Shown: in pieces, positions 48,405 through 58,902 of the stretch
Position numbering within the stretch: the first letter of the stretch is position 1
Layout of the letters: every line of letters begins with the position of its first letter
NCBI GenBank assembly: GCA_041661385.1
Contig: JBAZUP010000001.1
Span: 640,907 to 704,906 of the forward strand
DNA: 64,000 bases
Reading direction: 5' to 3'
From: Patescibacteria group bacterium
Lineage (GTDB): Bacteria > Patescibacteriota > Patescibacteriia > Magasanikbacterales > GWA2-37-8
Position numbers and translations under genes: made by a program
Notes under the pieces: model-generated
Databases searched by the model: none
Seen by the model: the letters and a program-made list of their open reading frames with translations, nothing else
What the model was told of the DNA's origin: nothing

Positions 48405-51400
48405 TGCGGCCCGGTGGAAAAGCCGCAATTTTTACTGGTGTTTTACTTTGCGCCATATTTTTGGTTACTGCTACTTATGCGCAGTCAGATACTTTAAATG
48501 TTGGTCTCACAATTCCAACCTTTAATCCGCCACCACCTCCGCCACCTCCGCCACCGCCTGTAGATAACCCTCCGGTAATTACCTCCGTTACCTCTACGGT
48601 TTCTCTAACGAGCGCTACAATTAGTTGGACAGCGACCGATGATAAGGGTCTTGGAAACTCAACCATTGTTTATGGTCAGACTACCGGCTATGGCTCAAGC
48701 GGCACGGTAACCGGTTCATATACCACATCTCTTGCTAGTCTTGTTTCTGGTACGACTTATTATTTTCAAATTAATGTTACGGATACGGGAGGAAATAACG
48801 TAGTTTACACTGGAACATTTAACACTCTCGCGGCGGATATTACCGCACCGAATATTTCTTCGATAGTTGTCACGACTTCATCTAATAGCGCCAATATTTC
48901 CTGGAATACCAATGAAGCGGCCGACGCTCAGCTACAATATGGAACCAGTGTTGCCTATGGTTTTTCAGTTTCCAATACCGCCTTTCTTTTAAATCATTCA
49001 GTCGTAATTAATTCGCTTGCTCCAGTAACCCAATATCACTATCGAATAATTGCTACAGATTCAGTCGGGAATGCTACTTCGACACCAGATCGTACTTTTA
49101 CAACCGCACCAGATGTGACTCCTCCGGTTGATGTAAGCAATCTAAATTTAAGTGCTACGACCAGCACTATTTCATTGACTTGGATAAACCCGAGTGACGC
49201 GGATTTTTTAAATGTTCGAGTCATACGAAAAGCCGGCAGCCAGCCAACAACACCCGCCGACGGCACCCTGCTTTATAATGGCGCAAATACTTTTTTGAAT
49301 GATTCAACCGCAGTCGCCAATGTTCAGTACTTTTATATGGTGTATTCGTATGACACCTCTGGCAATCGTAGTGGCGGCACATTTGTAAATGGAATACTCG
49401 CAACTCCGCCAAATGAAATATGTAATAATAATATTGATGATAATTTTAACGGTTTAATCGACTGCGCCGATTCCGTATGTACCAATTCGCCGGTTTGCGC
49501 TCCGCCTCAAAACGAAATATGCAATAACGGCATTGATGATAATCAAAATGGTTTTACAGATTGCGCTGATTCCGCTTGTTCAAATACGGCAAGCTGCGTA
49601 CCGACACTAATAGAAATTTGTGGAAACGGCATTGATGATAATAACAATAATCTTATTGACTGTGCTGATTCGGCTTGTGTAAATAATCAAGCTTGTAAAT
49701 CACCGGGCGGCGGCGGATCAATAACTCCACCGGAAATGTGCAGCAATGGTTTTGATGATGATAATAATGGAAAAGTTGATTGCGCGGATTCCGCTTGTAT
49801 TGGCTATCCGGGTTGTATATTTATTCCTGCGACCACCACCACGCCCGGCACCACCACAACTGTTCCAGTTGTTCCGGAAGGCAATGTTCCATCAAGTGCA
49901 AAACTATCTGCAAATGATTTCCAATTTTTTACCGGCAATCGGCGTATCGAAGCTAAACAGTACAATGGAACTATTACTAGTTTAGCAGGAACAAATTTCA
50001 CAATTGGCATCGCGGTTGAAAAATTATCATCTAAGCCGGAATCAATTCATATTACTTTTGATGAAACTAACCACGCTTTTGGTCTTGATTCATCGGAAAA
50101 AAATTATTATGCAGACTTTGCCTTCCCACAAATTGGCAGCCATGAGGCGATAATCGAAATTATATATAGCGAAGGGAAGCAAGATGTTATAAAGATAAAT
50201 CTTCAAAGCCTTCCGCTAGGTCAGGTTTTAGCTGGTAAAACACCGCTGGTTGATTCTACCGTAACATTATTTGATTTGACGTCGAACAAAGAATTTGAAG
50301 CCGGATCATATGGTCTTCATAACCCCACTCAAAGCTCAGTAAACGGTACCTTTGGTTGGGTGGTGCCAAATGGCAAATACTATATAACTGCGGTAAAAGA
50401 TGGCTATTATACTCGAAAAACACCAGTATTTACGGTTACAAACAACGTTGTAAATTCTCAAATCATTCTTATCCACTTTCCTCCTAAACTTGATCTAAAT
50501 CCGGCAAATATTGCGAAAATAGTTGAAATCGGGGCCCAAATCGGCATTCAAAAAATTACCGATACATTGGTTGGGGTTATGGATATTGCTGCCAATCCAC
50601 AGGTGCAAGAAACTATGACAACTGTGGTTGCTCCGTCGGTAGTAGGCGTGGTCGCGGTTGGAACTGTCGCTGTCGTGTCTTGGGCAAACATTATTCCCCT
50701 GCTTCAATTACTGTTCCTGCAACCTTTGGTATTTTTCGGCAATCGGCGCAAACGAGAGGCTTGGGGTCAGATTTACAATTCATTAAATAAACTGCCGGTT
50801 GATCTCGCCACTGTTCGCCTTATTAATAATGAAAGCGGAAGAGTAATTCAATCAAAAGTAACTGATAATCAAGGGCGCTATGCTTTTGTAATAAATCCTG
50901 GTACCTATCGGATTCAAGTATTAAAAAATAATTTTATCTTTCCGTCGGAATTATTAAAAGATGCGCAAAATGATGGAAAGAAAATTGATATTTATCATGG
51001 TGAAGCTATTTCGGTTTCAGAAAAAGAAGCAATCATCACCGCCAACATTCCTCTTGATCCGGTGGGTGAGCATATGACTCCGACCCGCATCCGTTTACAA
51101 AGGGCCGTTCATAACGGGCAAATGATTATTTGGTGGGTGGGTTTATTTATTAACGCAGCGGCAATTTATTTTTCGCCGCGCTGGTATTTATGGATACTGT
51201 TAGCTCTGCAGTTTGTTTTCTATGCACTACTAAGATATATGGCAGCACCGGCGAAAATTAAAAGCTGGGGAATTGTTTATGATATTACCAACAAGCAGCC
51301 GGTTGAAAGAGCGATTGCGCGCCTGTTTAGTTTGCAGTTTAATAAACTGGTCGCTTCACAAATTACCGATAGTAAGGGCAGGTACTATTTCTTGGCGGGT

Positions 51401-51577
51401 GATAACGAATATTTTATAACTTACGAACATCCGAGGTTTAATCCTCAAAAAACTGCCACCATCGATCTTAAGGGGCGGCCGACGGAGGCTATCAATGTGG
51501 ATATTGGTCTTCATCCACAGGTTGAGAAGGAAGTAGAGCACGATATTGAAGTTCAACCGCCACAATCGTTAAAATAG
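48404..51577 (+). CDS. large surface protein: FnIII repeats, four Cys-rich EICxNGxDDxxNGxxDCADSxC repeats, carboxypeptidase-regulatory-like domains, TMs
   Basis: Repeats visible in the translation; start placed at the TGATG overlap with the upstream stop. Confidence 0.8.
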   Translation: MRPGGKAAIFTGVLLCAIFLVTATYAQSDTLNVGLTIPTFNPPPPPPPPPPPVDNPPVITSVTSTVSLTSATISWTATDDKGLGNSTIVYGQTTGYGSSGTVTGSYTTSLASLVSGTTYYFQINVTDTGGNNVVYTGTFNTLAADITAPNISSIVVTTSSNSANISWNTNEAADAQLQYGTSVAYGFSVSNTAFLLNHSVVINSLAPVTQYHYRIIATDSVGNATSTPDRTFTTAPDVTPPVDVSNLNLSATTSTISLTWINPSDADFLNVRVIRKAGSQPTTPADGTLLYNGANTFLNDSTAVANVQYFYMVYSYDTSGNRSGGTFVNGILATPPNEICNNNIDDNFNGLIDCADSVCTNSPVCAPPQNEICNNGIDDNQNGFTDCADSACSNTASCVPTLIEICGNGIDDNNNNLIDCADSACVNNQACKSPGGGGSITPPEMCSNGFDDDNNGKVDCADSACIGYPGCIFIPATTTTPGTTTTVPVVPEGNVPSSAKLSANDFQFFTGNRRIEAKQYNGTITSLAGTNFTIGIAVEKLSSKPESIHITFDETNHAFGLDSSEKNYYADFAFPQIGSHEAIIEIIYSEGKQDVIKINLQSLPLGQVLAGKTPLVDSTVTLFDLTSNKEFEAGSYGLHNPTQSSVNGTFGWVVPNGKYYITAVKDGYYTRKTPVFTVTNNVVNSQIILIHFPPKLDLNPANIAKIVEIGAQIGIQKITDTLVGVMDIAANPQVQETMTTVVAPSVVGVVAVGTVAVVSWANIIPLLQLLFLQPLVFFGNRRKREAWGQIYNSLNKLPVDLATVRLINNESGRVIQSKVTDNQGRYAFVINPGTYRIQVLKNNFIFPSELLKDAQNDGKKIDIYHGEAISVSEKEAIITANIPLDPVGEHMTPTRIRLQRAVHNGQMIIWWVGLFINAAAIYFSPRWYLWILLALQFVFYALLRYMAAPAKIKSWGIVYDITNKQPVERAIARLFSLQFNKLVASQITDSKGRYYFLAGDNEYFITYEHPRFNPQKTATIDLKGRPTEAINVDIGLHPQVEKEVEHDIEVQPPQSLK

Positions 51578-51632
51578 CAAAAATTATCCTTCAAAAAAAT
51601 TCAATTTTGCTAATTTTAGCCAAATTTACCTA

Positions 51633-51661
51633 TTGACTTTTTGGCTAAAATATGCTATAAT
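51633..51661 (+). promoter_or_regulatory. sigma70 promoter
   Basis: TTGACT-17 nt-TATAAT. Confidence 0.65.
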
Positions 51662-51784
51662 ATCACTGTTAAGCTTAACAATTTACATACCTCACAGCCC
51701 CTAGTTTTAACTAGGGAGGGTGGTGGGCGAAAAACGTCTAAAAAACACATTTTTGGAGTTATTCGCAAGTTTCTTCTTCACCAT

Positions 51785-52537
51785 ATGTCAATTGTCGTTA
51801 AGCATTGCGACGCATTACTTGCGAAGCATCATACTCGGGTTTCACCCATTGTTTTGTCGGTTGCTTCCTTGTTAGTTTTCGGCTTAATCAGTCCTACACT
51901 GTTATATGCCGCAGAAGTAACATCGAGCGCTTCAAATTTATCGCCCGCACCATTGGAATTTCGGCCGGAGCGACCAAGAATACTTTTTGGTTCTTCCACG
52001 CCAGCCTCAATGTTAGCTTCGTCCACCGTCCCATTTAGGGAAGGAGCGGAGCGAGAAAAAGGTTTTTCAAGTTCGTCTACAGCGCGAGTTATACAATTCA
52101 AAACCGCGCGTATTCAACTTATGAAAGAGGCGCTCGCCAAAATCGAGCAGCAAGCCAGGGATTTAAGAATCCAATTGGAAAATCTTCAATATGCGAGCAC
52201 ATCTTCAACCGAAGCGTTGAATGTGGGACAATTTAATCAAAAAATTAATGCTTTAATCCTAGTTTTTAGGAAAGTTAATTTCAACTATGAATTAACAAGA
52301 CTTAAGACTGATTTAAAGAGTGAGTTTAATAAACGCGATCTGCAACTAAAAAAAGAATTGCAGAAAGAACAAGCGGAAGCCGCTCGCGAACTATACAAAA
52401 AACAAACGGAGCTCAATAGGGAAACCTTAAAAAAAGAGCAAGAATTATTGAAGGAGCAGAGGGAACATAATTTACCCGGAGCAGCCAGTACTTCTCCGGA
52501 GCAAGCCTCAGCATCTTCGACCACTTCTAGTCCGTAA
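51785..52537 (+). CDS. secreted coiled-coil hypothetical protein
   Basis: Likely start MSIVVK (ORF-track TTG start lies inside the promoter); hydrophobic signal; E/K/Q-rich helices. Confidence 0.65.
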   Translation: MSIVVKHCDALLAKHHTRVSPIVLSVASLLVFGLISPTLLYAAEVTSSASNLSPAPLEFRPERPRILFGSSTPASMLASSTVPFREGAEREKGFSSSSTARVIQFKTARIQLMKEALAKIEQQARDLRIQLENLQYASTSSTEALNVGQFNQKINALILVFRKVNFNYELTRLKTDLKSEFNKRDLQLKKELQKEQAEAARELYKKQTELNRETLKKEQELLKEQREHNLPGAASTSPEQASASSTTSSP

Positions 52538-52672
52538 GTAAAAAATTCTTTAACAATTAATTATGAAAAAATAAACCGCCCCAGAAGGGCGGTTTTGTAT
52601 TTTAAAATAGAAAGTCCCGGACGCACATACTTGCGTCCGGGACTTAGTTTCAAACCCCATTAGGGGCTACTC

Positions 52673-53922
52673 CTATTTTTTTTCGATAATCTTTTTTGCG
52701 ACCTGAATCGCCCTGTCCCGATATTTGGCCGGGATTTTTTGCAAGGCTGAAGCCAGTTCGCGTAGTCCAACCGACAGGGTGGTTGCTTCCGCGATAGGTT
52801 CTGCGCCCAATTTCAGCATTACCATGGCAACCTGGAATATCTGATTTTCGTCGGCATGCGCCAGCGTGCCATGCAGAACGGGCGAAATAGTGACCGCCGT
52901 TCCCGATGTTTGGGTTGTGGGCGTGGTAGCGCCGTTCTTAAAGCGGTAAGACCGCTTAACACCGACCTGAATTTTTCCAGGTGGTGTCTGTCCACCAGTT
53001 GCCGCAGGCTTTGTCCGACGGACCGGAGTGATGCCGGGCCGGAATAAACCTCGTCGTCACACAGCAGTTTGAAAACTTCTCGGGTCGTGACGGATTTGGT
53101 TTTGCCGCCGAGTTTCTCGACACAATCCAGAATAATTTTATCAGGAATGACACTCATGGTTGTCTCCGGGTTGGTTTGTTGTTTGGATTCCTCAAGCTCA
53201 GCTTGAAAGAAAGACCCGCTTTCAACTTTTTTAGAACGAATGCCGAAATGCGTTTTTTTGCTTTGCTTATTTGCAAGGTTTGCTTGCCAGTTTTTTATAC
53301 CTTTACGCAGGGTATTTATTGCCTTTGCTTCTATTAGGCGGATTCCTTCGCGCGAAATTATATCTCCGCTGCGGCCAAGAATTGATTCGCCCACGGATTG
53401 AAGCGAAGGAATTTCTTCTCCGGAAAAATAACGAAGTTTTATTACTTCGCGCTGTTTTCCATGAAGTAAGGCAATAACCGCTTGTTGAAGAAGTTGAACA
53501 TCACCCTCGGTGTTTAATCCAAGTAAATTTTCCGGTCCGGAAAATTTATCTGGAATCTCGTCTTTTAGAGTGGTGTCAGAATCCTCATAGAGAGGCGCAT
53601 CAAGTGATATTTCCACCGGATGCTTTTTTAAATAACGCCTCATGAAAGCGAGAATCCACCATTGCGCGTAGGTTGCGAACCGGTTCTTATAAACCGGATC
53701 ATATTTTTCAACTGCTTGAATGAGTCCAAGGAAACCTTCTTGCGTTAGTTCTTCACCAAGATGCTTGTTTGCTCGGCTTAGTTTAAAAGCAAGACTCCGA
53801 ACAAATCCAGTACAGGACAAAATAAGTCTGTCCCGGGCTTTTAGGTCGCAGGAGGTTTTCCAGCGTCTTGAAAGCTCTCTTTCTTCACCCGGAAGCAATA
53901 CAGCTAAAGGAAGTTGGGGCAT
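52673..53922 (-). CDS. sigma-70 family factor (RpoD/RpoH-like regions 2 and 4) fused to a wHTH domain; apparent frameshift near 52972
   Basis: QEGFLGLIQAVEKYDP..RFATYAQWWI; ISLD; SREGIRLIE.KA; the -1 frame continues to TAG at 52673. Confidence 0.75.
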
Positions 53923-54010
53923 GGCATTCTCCCTGATTATGCGTTGGAAAAGAGCAAATTTGTGTAGTCACCCTATCATAAGGTGGTTTTAAGTCAACAA
54001 TCGCCCATAA

Positions 54011-54039
54011 TTGACAATTCAAGCGTTTATATATATAAT
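54011..54039 (+). promoter_or_regulatory. consensus sigma70 promoter of tRNA-Ala
   Basis: TTGACA-17 nt-TATAAT. Confidence 0.85.
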
Positions 54040-54053
54040 GTGAACACAATTTT

Positions 54054-54127
<74 letters not shown>

Positions 54128-54354
54128 CAAATGAACAGAGATTTTAATCTCTGTTTTATTTTGTTTTTAATATTGACAAAAGCGTAATTTTGTGATATTA
54201 TGTTATGTTGCTTTTTACTCTATTTTTAGCAAAAAAAGCGATAAATGCTCATTAAAATGCAGTTTCAGCTGTGCAAATAGCCCATGTTTCGTGGTTTGTT
54301 TGCACGGGTGAACTGCAGTCAACTAGTTCGCGCTATAGGGGCGCAGGAGGAAAC

Positions 54355-54930
54355 ATGACCGTGTTTCGGATTCTTGGCAGGTGGCTGTTCGGCGTCATCA
54401 GTACTCTCGCATTCTTCGGCATCGTGTACGGTGTCGTTTGGTACTTCTTCGGAGTTACCGTAGTCACGTCGAAGTGCGAAAACCAGGACGTGATTTCGAA
54501 GGTGTACATCAACAACGAATACCGGGGCGAAACGCCCCTCAGTGTCCGTCTGGGTATGGGAAATCACATCGTGAAGATCGAGCCTCCCGAAGGTTATCGG
54601 GGTCAGCATCTTTACATGGAGTTCTGGAGTATGGGTCGCGGTATAAATTTCGCCGAGACTCTTACCAAGCTTGACTACCAGGTCACGCTTCACAGTCCTG
54701 CCAGTCAGCCTGGCAACTTCATGGTGATGGACGGAGCCGGAAAACCCATTGGAGCCTGTGGCGGCGTTGTATGTTCAATCCCTCTTCCGGGTCCAGGAAC
54801 CTACCGCGCCAAGCTGGAGCAAATTTGCTGGTCCAGTAACGGGACCCGATGGTGCACCGGCGGCGACGAAAAAGCGATGGACTTTGCTGTCCATCCTGAT
54901 CAGCCGACGGCTGAGATGACGTGGAACTAA
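54355..54930 (+). CDS. PEGA-domain membrane protein (GC-rich orphan)
   Basis: AGGAGG SD before MTVFR; TM; VYINNEYRGETPL.V.LG.GNH.VKI (PEGA-like). Confidence 0.75.
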   Translation: MTVFRILGRWLFGVISTLAFFGIVYGVVWYFFGVTVVTSKCENQDVISKVYINNEYRGETPLSVRLGMGNHIVKIEPPEGYRGQHLYMEFWSMGRGINFAETLTKLDYQVTLHSPASQPGNFMVMDGAGKPIGACGGVVCSIPLPGPGTYRAKLEQICWSSNGTRWCTGGDEKAMDFAVHPDQPTAEMTWN

Positions 54931-55180
54931 AGTAATAGCCGATTCCTGAACGGCTTTAAACATCTGTATCTGAAAACGCGTGAGCGTTGGCAGGTCGGTC
55001 AGGAAGACTCGTCTATGACGAGTCGCCGATTTCAATTGCGAATTTCGTAGTTGGTGAGGCGAGTTATATTCTAAAAACACTTCTACGAATAAAGTGTTTT
55101 TTTACTCAACCATTTAATAAAATTAATAAACAATCGGAATAGTTGATTAATTGGCGAAAGTTTAGTATAGTTGTGCAACT

Positions 55181-56251
55181 ATGTCATTCTCAATCGGAAT
55201 TGTCGGTCTTCCAAACGTGGGTAAATCCACTTTGTTTAACGCGCTCACTCGCAGTAAACAGGCTAATGCCGCCAACTATCCATTTTGTACGATTGACCCA
55301 AATGTTGGCGTGGTTGAGGTACCCGATGAGCGACTCGCCAAACTTTCAGAAGTTTCACATTCCAAAAAAATTATTCCGACCACAATTGAATTTGTTGATA
55401 TTGCCGGCTTGGTAAAAGGCGCTTCGGAAGGTGAGGGGCTCGGAAATAAATTTTTATCTCACATTCGCGAGGTAGATGCTATTGCGCAAGTGGTAAGGGC
55501 TTTTTCTGATGATAATGTTATTCACGTTCATAATCGGGTTGATCCAAAAGACGATGCCGCGATTATAAATACCGAGCTTGCTATTGCCGATTTACAAACG
55601 GTAGAAAAGCGCCTCGAGACAACCAAGCGAAATGCCAAAGGTGCTGGGGCTAAAGAGTTTGGTTGGCAAGTGGATGTTTTCCAAAAAGTTTACGATCAAT
55701 TACAAGATAGCAAACCGGCGAGAGATTTAGTTTTCAATGAAGAAGAATTACGAATCGTAAATGAATTACACCTTCTTACAATGAAGCCAATGTTGTATGT
55801 GGTAAATACCGACGAGGGAGCGAAACAGGTTGAACGGATTAGTGAAAGTGCGGAGCAAATTAATGTCAGCGCGAAACTTGAGGCCGAACTTGCCGAACTC
55901 TCCGAGTCTGAAGCCAGGCAGTATTTAAATGAGCTTGGAATAACAGAAACCGGTCTTGATAAGCTTGTTACTGCCGGTTATAAAATGTTAAACTTAATTA
56001 CTTTTTTGACTTCCGGCGAACCGGAAACTAGAGCTTGGACAGTAAAAGCCGGCGCCAAAGCCCCGGAAGCAGCAGGGGTAATTCATACCGATTTTATTAA
56101 GGGGTTTGTGAAGGCCGATGTTGTTGATTGGCGCGATTTTGTGGCTGCCGGAGGCTGGCACAAAATAAAAGAAACGGGTAAGGCCCGTCTCGAAGGTAAA
56201 GATTATATTGTAAAAGATGGTGATGTGGTTTATTTCCACGTGAGCGCCTAA
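55181..56251 (+). CDS. ychF: redox-regulated ATPase YchF
   Basis: GIVGLPNVGKST, ANYPFCTIDPN, DIAGLVKGAS.GEGLGN, EGKDY.VKDGD. Confidence 0.98.
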   Translation: MSFSIGIVGLPNVGKSTLFNALTRSKQANAANYPFCTIDPNVGVVEVPDERLAKLSEVSHSKKIIPTTIEFVDIAGLVKGASEGEGLGNKFLSHIREVDAIAQVVRAFSDDNVIHVHNRVDPKDDAAIINTELAIADLQTVEKRLETTKRNAKGAGAKEFGWQVDVFQKVYDQLQDSKPARDLVFNEEELRIVNELHLLTMKPMLYVVNTDEGAKQVERISESAEQINVSAKLEAELAELSESEARQYLNELGITETGLDKLVTAGYKMLNLITFLTSGEPETRAWTVKAGAKAPEAAGVIHTDFIKGFVKADVVDWRDFVAAGGWHKIKETGKARLEGKDYIVKDGDVVYFHVSA

Positions 56252-57454
56252 TTATTTTAGTTTGAATTTCCAGATCTCACGGCCGACTAGCTGGTCGCTA
56301 CGGCGATATAAAACGAAAGGTGAAAGTGAAACTTCTTTTGGAAGAAGCGGTTCAACCGTAAATCCAAATTTTTGAACAATTGGAATAAGTTTATCGGATA
56401 TAACAACCGGCTGAACTTTGGTAAAAAACTCCGGAATAACAAATACAACGCGTCCACCCGGGCGCAGTATTTTTTTAAATTGCTCAAAGGCCGCAGAGTA
56501 GAGCGAAAGCAATTCGCCGGCCTGAGTTTTAATTTCCATTTCCGATTCGTTTCCGCGAAGCGGTTTGCCCAGGTAAGGCTCAGTCACAATCGCATCAATT
56601 GAGTCAGGTTTGATTTTGCTGCTGATATTTTTTACATCTTGAAAATATATTTGTACGGTTGCCTTAGAAATTTCTGGATTCTTGTTGGTCAGCCACTCAA
56701 TATTAGTTTTGCTGTCTGTAATGGCTTTTTCCGATAAATCCGTGCCGATGATATTTGTATGTCCCTGAAGCAAAGCTTCGGAAATAATTGTGCCGGATCC
56801 GCAAAACGGATCTAATAAAACCTCGCTTGGCTTAATTTGAGCAAGATTAGACAGCATCAGGGCGAGCTTGGGTGGCAACATGCCGCTTTCACTATCTCTT
56901 CCAGGCCGGCCAAAATCACGGGCGCCAAAACTTTCAAACGGCTGAACAGCCGAAGTGATAGCAATACTGTATTTATCTTTGTATTGCAGGATCATGAATT
57001 CACGACCGCCCTCGGCCAGTTTATTTTTTTCAACCGTTACCGAAGAAAGAGTCGCTTCATTATTAAATACATACCGCACCGAATGTCCGCCGGCTTTTAA
57101 TTCCTTTTTTAAATTTTTACCCCATGTTTCAACTTGTTTAGGTGTCGTGTTTTTTCCATAAAGACTGATGCCAAAGGTAATTTTGCCGTCAATCACTTCG
57201 AGTTCATTCTTCATGGCATCAAAGAGCTCTTGGCCAGAAAGATTTTCACCAAGCTCTACGCCGGTTTTTATTGTTCCGCCAAGCCGGTTGATAAAATCTT
57301 TATTAATTTCGCCCTGATAAAATAAAAACGGCGGACTGAATTCAAATGAAGAGTCGCTATTAATTTTTAACAAAGAAAAAAGTTCCGCTGCGGATAACAG
57401 CGGCTCTCTTCCTAATAAAAACCAAATTTTATTGTTGGCTGGTTGTGGAGACAT
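56252..57454 (-). CDS. TRM11-like SAM-dependent RNA methyltransferase
   Basis: GMLPPKLA, LLDPFCGSGT, IVTEPYLG. Confidence 0.85.
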   Translation of the reverse strand: MSPQPANNKIWFLLGREPLLSAAELFSLLKINSDSSFEFSPPFLFYQGEINKDFINRLGGTIKTGVELGENLSGQELFDAMKNELEVIDGKITFGISLYGKNTTPKQVETWGKNLKKELKAGGHSVRYVFNNEATLSSVTVEKNKLAEGGREFMILQYKDKYSIAITSAVQPFESFGARDFGRPGRDSESGMLPPKLALMLSNLAQIKPSEVLLDPFCGSGTIISEALLQGHTNIIGTDLSEKAITDSKTNIEWLTNKNPEISKATVQIYFQDVKNISSKIKPDSIDAIVTEPYLGKPLRGNESEMEIKTQAGELLSLYSAAFEQFKKILRPGGRVVFVIPEFFTKVQPVVISDKLIPIVQKFGFTVEPLLPKEVSLSPFVLYRRSDQLVGREIWKFKLK

Positions 57455-57779
57455 ATCCGGAGACAGGTGAAGTGGTGGTAATTGGGGAAGCTGGAACGAC
57501 CGCAGGAGAAGAAGTGTTGAAGACAAAAATATTTCGCAAATTGCGGTCAATCTCGGAGCGAGTACTTTTAAGTTTGATTGCGTCAACCGCTCGTTTGTAC
57601 ATATCAAGATTAACATTATTTACAACCGTGTCTGTGTTTAAAAGCACAATCGTGTGAGCGTCTTCTAAAGTGCGGAAAGTATAATTATAAATTATAATCG
57701 AACTAAGCAAAAGACTGCCAATCATTAGGCCAAACATAAGATAGGTGATGATGCTCCACCACTGAAACTGATTCTTCAT
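57429..57779 (-). CDS. membrane-anchored pilus-cluster protein
   Basis: TM then helical domain; last gene of the pilMNO run. Confidence 0.55.
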   Translation of the reverse strand: MKNQFQWWSIITYLMFGLMIGSLLLSSIIIYNYTFRTLEDAHTIVLLNTDTVVNNVNLDMYKRAVDAIKLKSTRSEIDRNLRNIFVFNTSSPAVVPASPITTTSPVSGYVSTTSQQ

Positions 57780-57798
57780 TGAAATTTTTACTTTTTGG

Positions 57799-58344
57799 CT
57801 AAGGAATGACATAGAGATTAAAATCAACATTCATGATGACGCCGTCTGTAATAGTTGGATCTTTTTTGTCGTAGAATGGGGTAAGTGAAACGTGTGTGAC
57901 ATTTATAAAATACGGAAGGTGTTCAAGTTCATCTAAATAAGTGAGAGCTTTGTGGTAGGAGCCGGAAACAGAAATGGAAACCTGAATTCGTTGATTGGTA
58001 ATGTTGTCTAATGAAGAATTTGTGATTCTTTGGCTCACACCAGTTCTGGTTGCGAGCGACTCAAGGGTGGTGATAAGTCTAAGTTCGTCACCATTATTAA
58101 ACAGATAGTCGTTAAAAGGAGGCATTTCTTTTCTTAAACGATCGAGTTGTTTAACCGCCAAACGATAGCCGGTTGCTTGTTCATTTTTTCGTTCAAGAGT
58201 GACGCGTAGTTGATAGGTGTCTTTGTCGAGCTCGCGGATCTGCAAAACCGTGGGCATAATAATGGCGCCAATGATAAGACCGGCAATACCGACAAAGATG
58301 GCAATGGTAATTAAAATTCTTTTTTCAAGAATAGAATGAAGCAT
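57799..58344 (-). CDS. pilO: PilO-like type IV pilus alignment protein
   Basis: TM, coiled coil, GSY.....YL..LE.LP.FI.V. Confidence 0.75.
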   Translation of the reverse strand: MLHSILEKRILITIAIFVGIAGLIIGAIIMPTVLQIRELDKDTYQLRVTLERKNEQATGYRLAVKQLDRLRKEMPPFNDYLFNNGDELRLITTLESLATRTGVSQRITNSSLDNITNQRIQVSISVSGSYHKALTYLDELEHLPYFINVTHVSLTPFYDKKDPTITDGVIMNVDFNLYVIP

Positions 58345-58350
58345 AAAAGC

Positions 58351-58902
58351 CTAGTTTTTTTTCAATGCCGGCAACCCGCCTAGGGTGCCACGAATTTCAA
58401 AATTAATATTTTCTTTTTGGAAAAGCTGTGAATTGGGAGCAGTGACGCCTTGAATCCAGGTTATTTCAGTGACAATTCTTTGAAAATTTAGAAGCGCATC
58501 ACGAGTCGAAGCAGTGCCCGAAATAACTACCTTATTATTTTTGCGATCAAGATCAATGCCGGCAATTTTGATGTCGCCAGGCAGGGCAGTCGCGAATTCA
58601 ACAATTTTAGTTGTTAATTGGGCAAAATCTTGACTCGAAAGATAAACATTTCTCGTTTTGTTATTCATTTCGGCGATATCGCGGTTAATCGGCGGTGCTT
58701 CCCGATTAATAAGTAAGGCGCTTGAAACCACGTCGCTCATTGCCTGTGTAATGACCCACCAGGCAAATAAATACATCATGGCGAGAATGGAAACCGTAAA
58801 AATAACAAATTCCATCATTTCTTTAATGAACAAAAATCGCATGACAACACCAAAGTTCTTCTTTTTATCCGGGGATAATAAATTTAAGCGAAGGGACATC
58901 AT
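58351..58902 (-). CDS. pilN: PilN-like protein
   Basis: LNLL.P N-terminal motif, TM, ISGTA.TRD.L..F. Confidence 0.78.
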   Translation of the reverse strand: MMSLRLNLLSPDKKKNFGVVMRFLFIKEMMEFVIFTVSILAMMYLFAWWVITQAMSDVVSSALLINREAPPINRDIAEMNNKTRNVYLSSQDFAQLTTKIVEFATALPGDIKIAGIDLDRKNNKVVISGTASTRDALLNFQRIVTEITWIQGVTAPNSQLFQKENINFEIRGTLGGLPALKKN

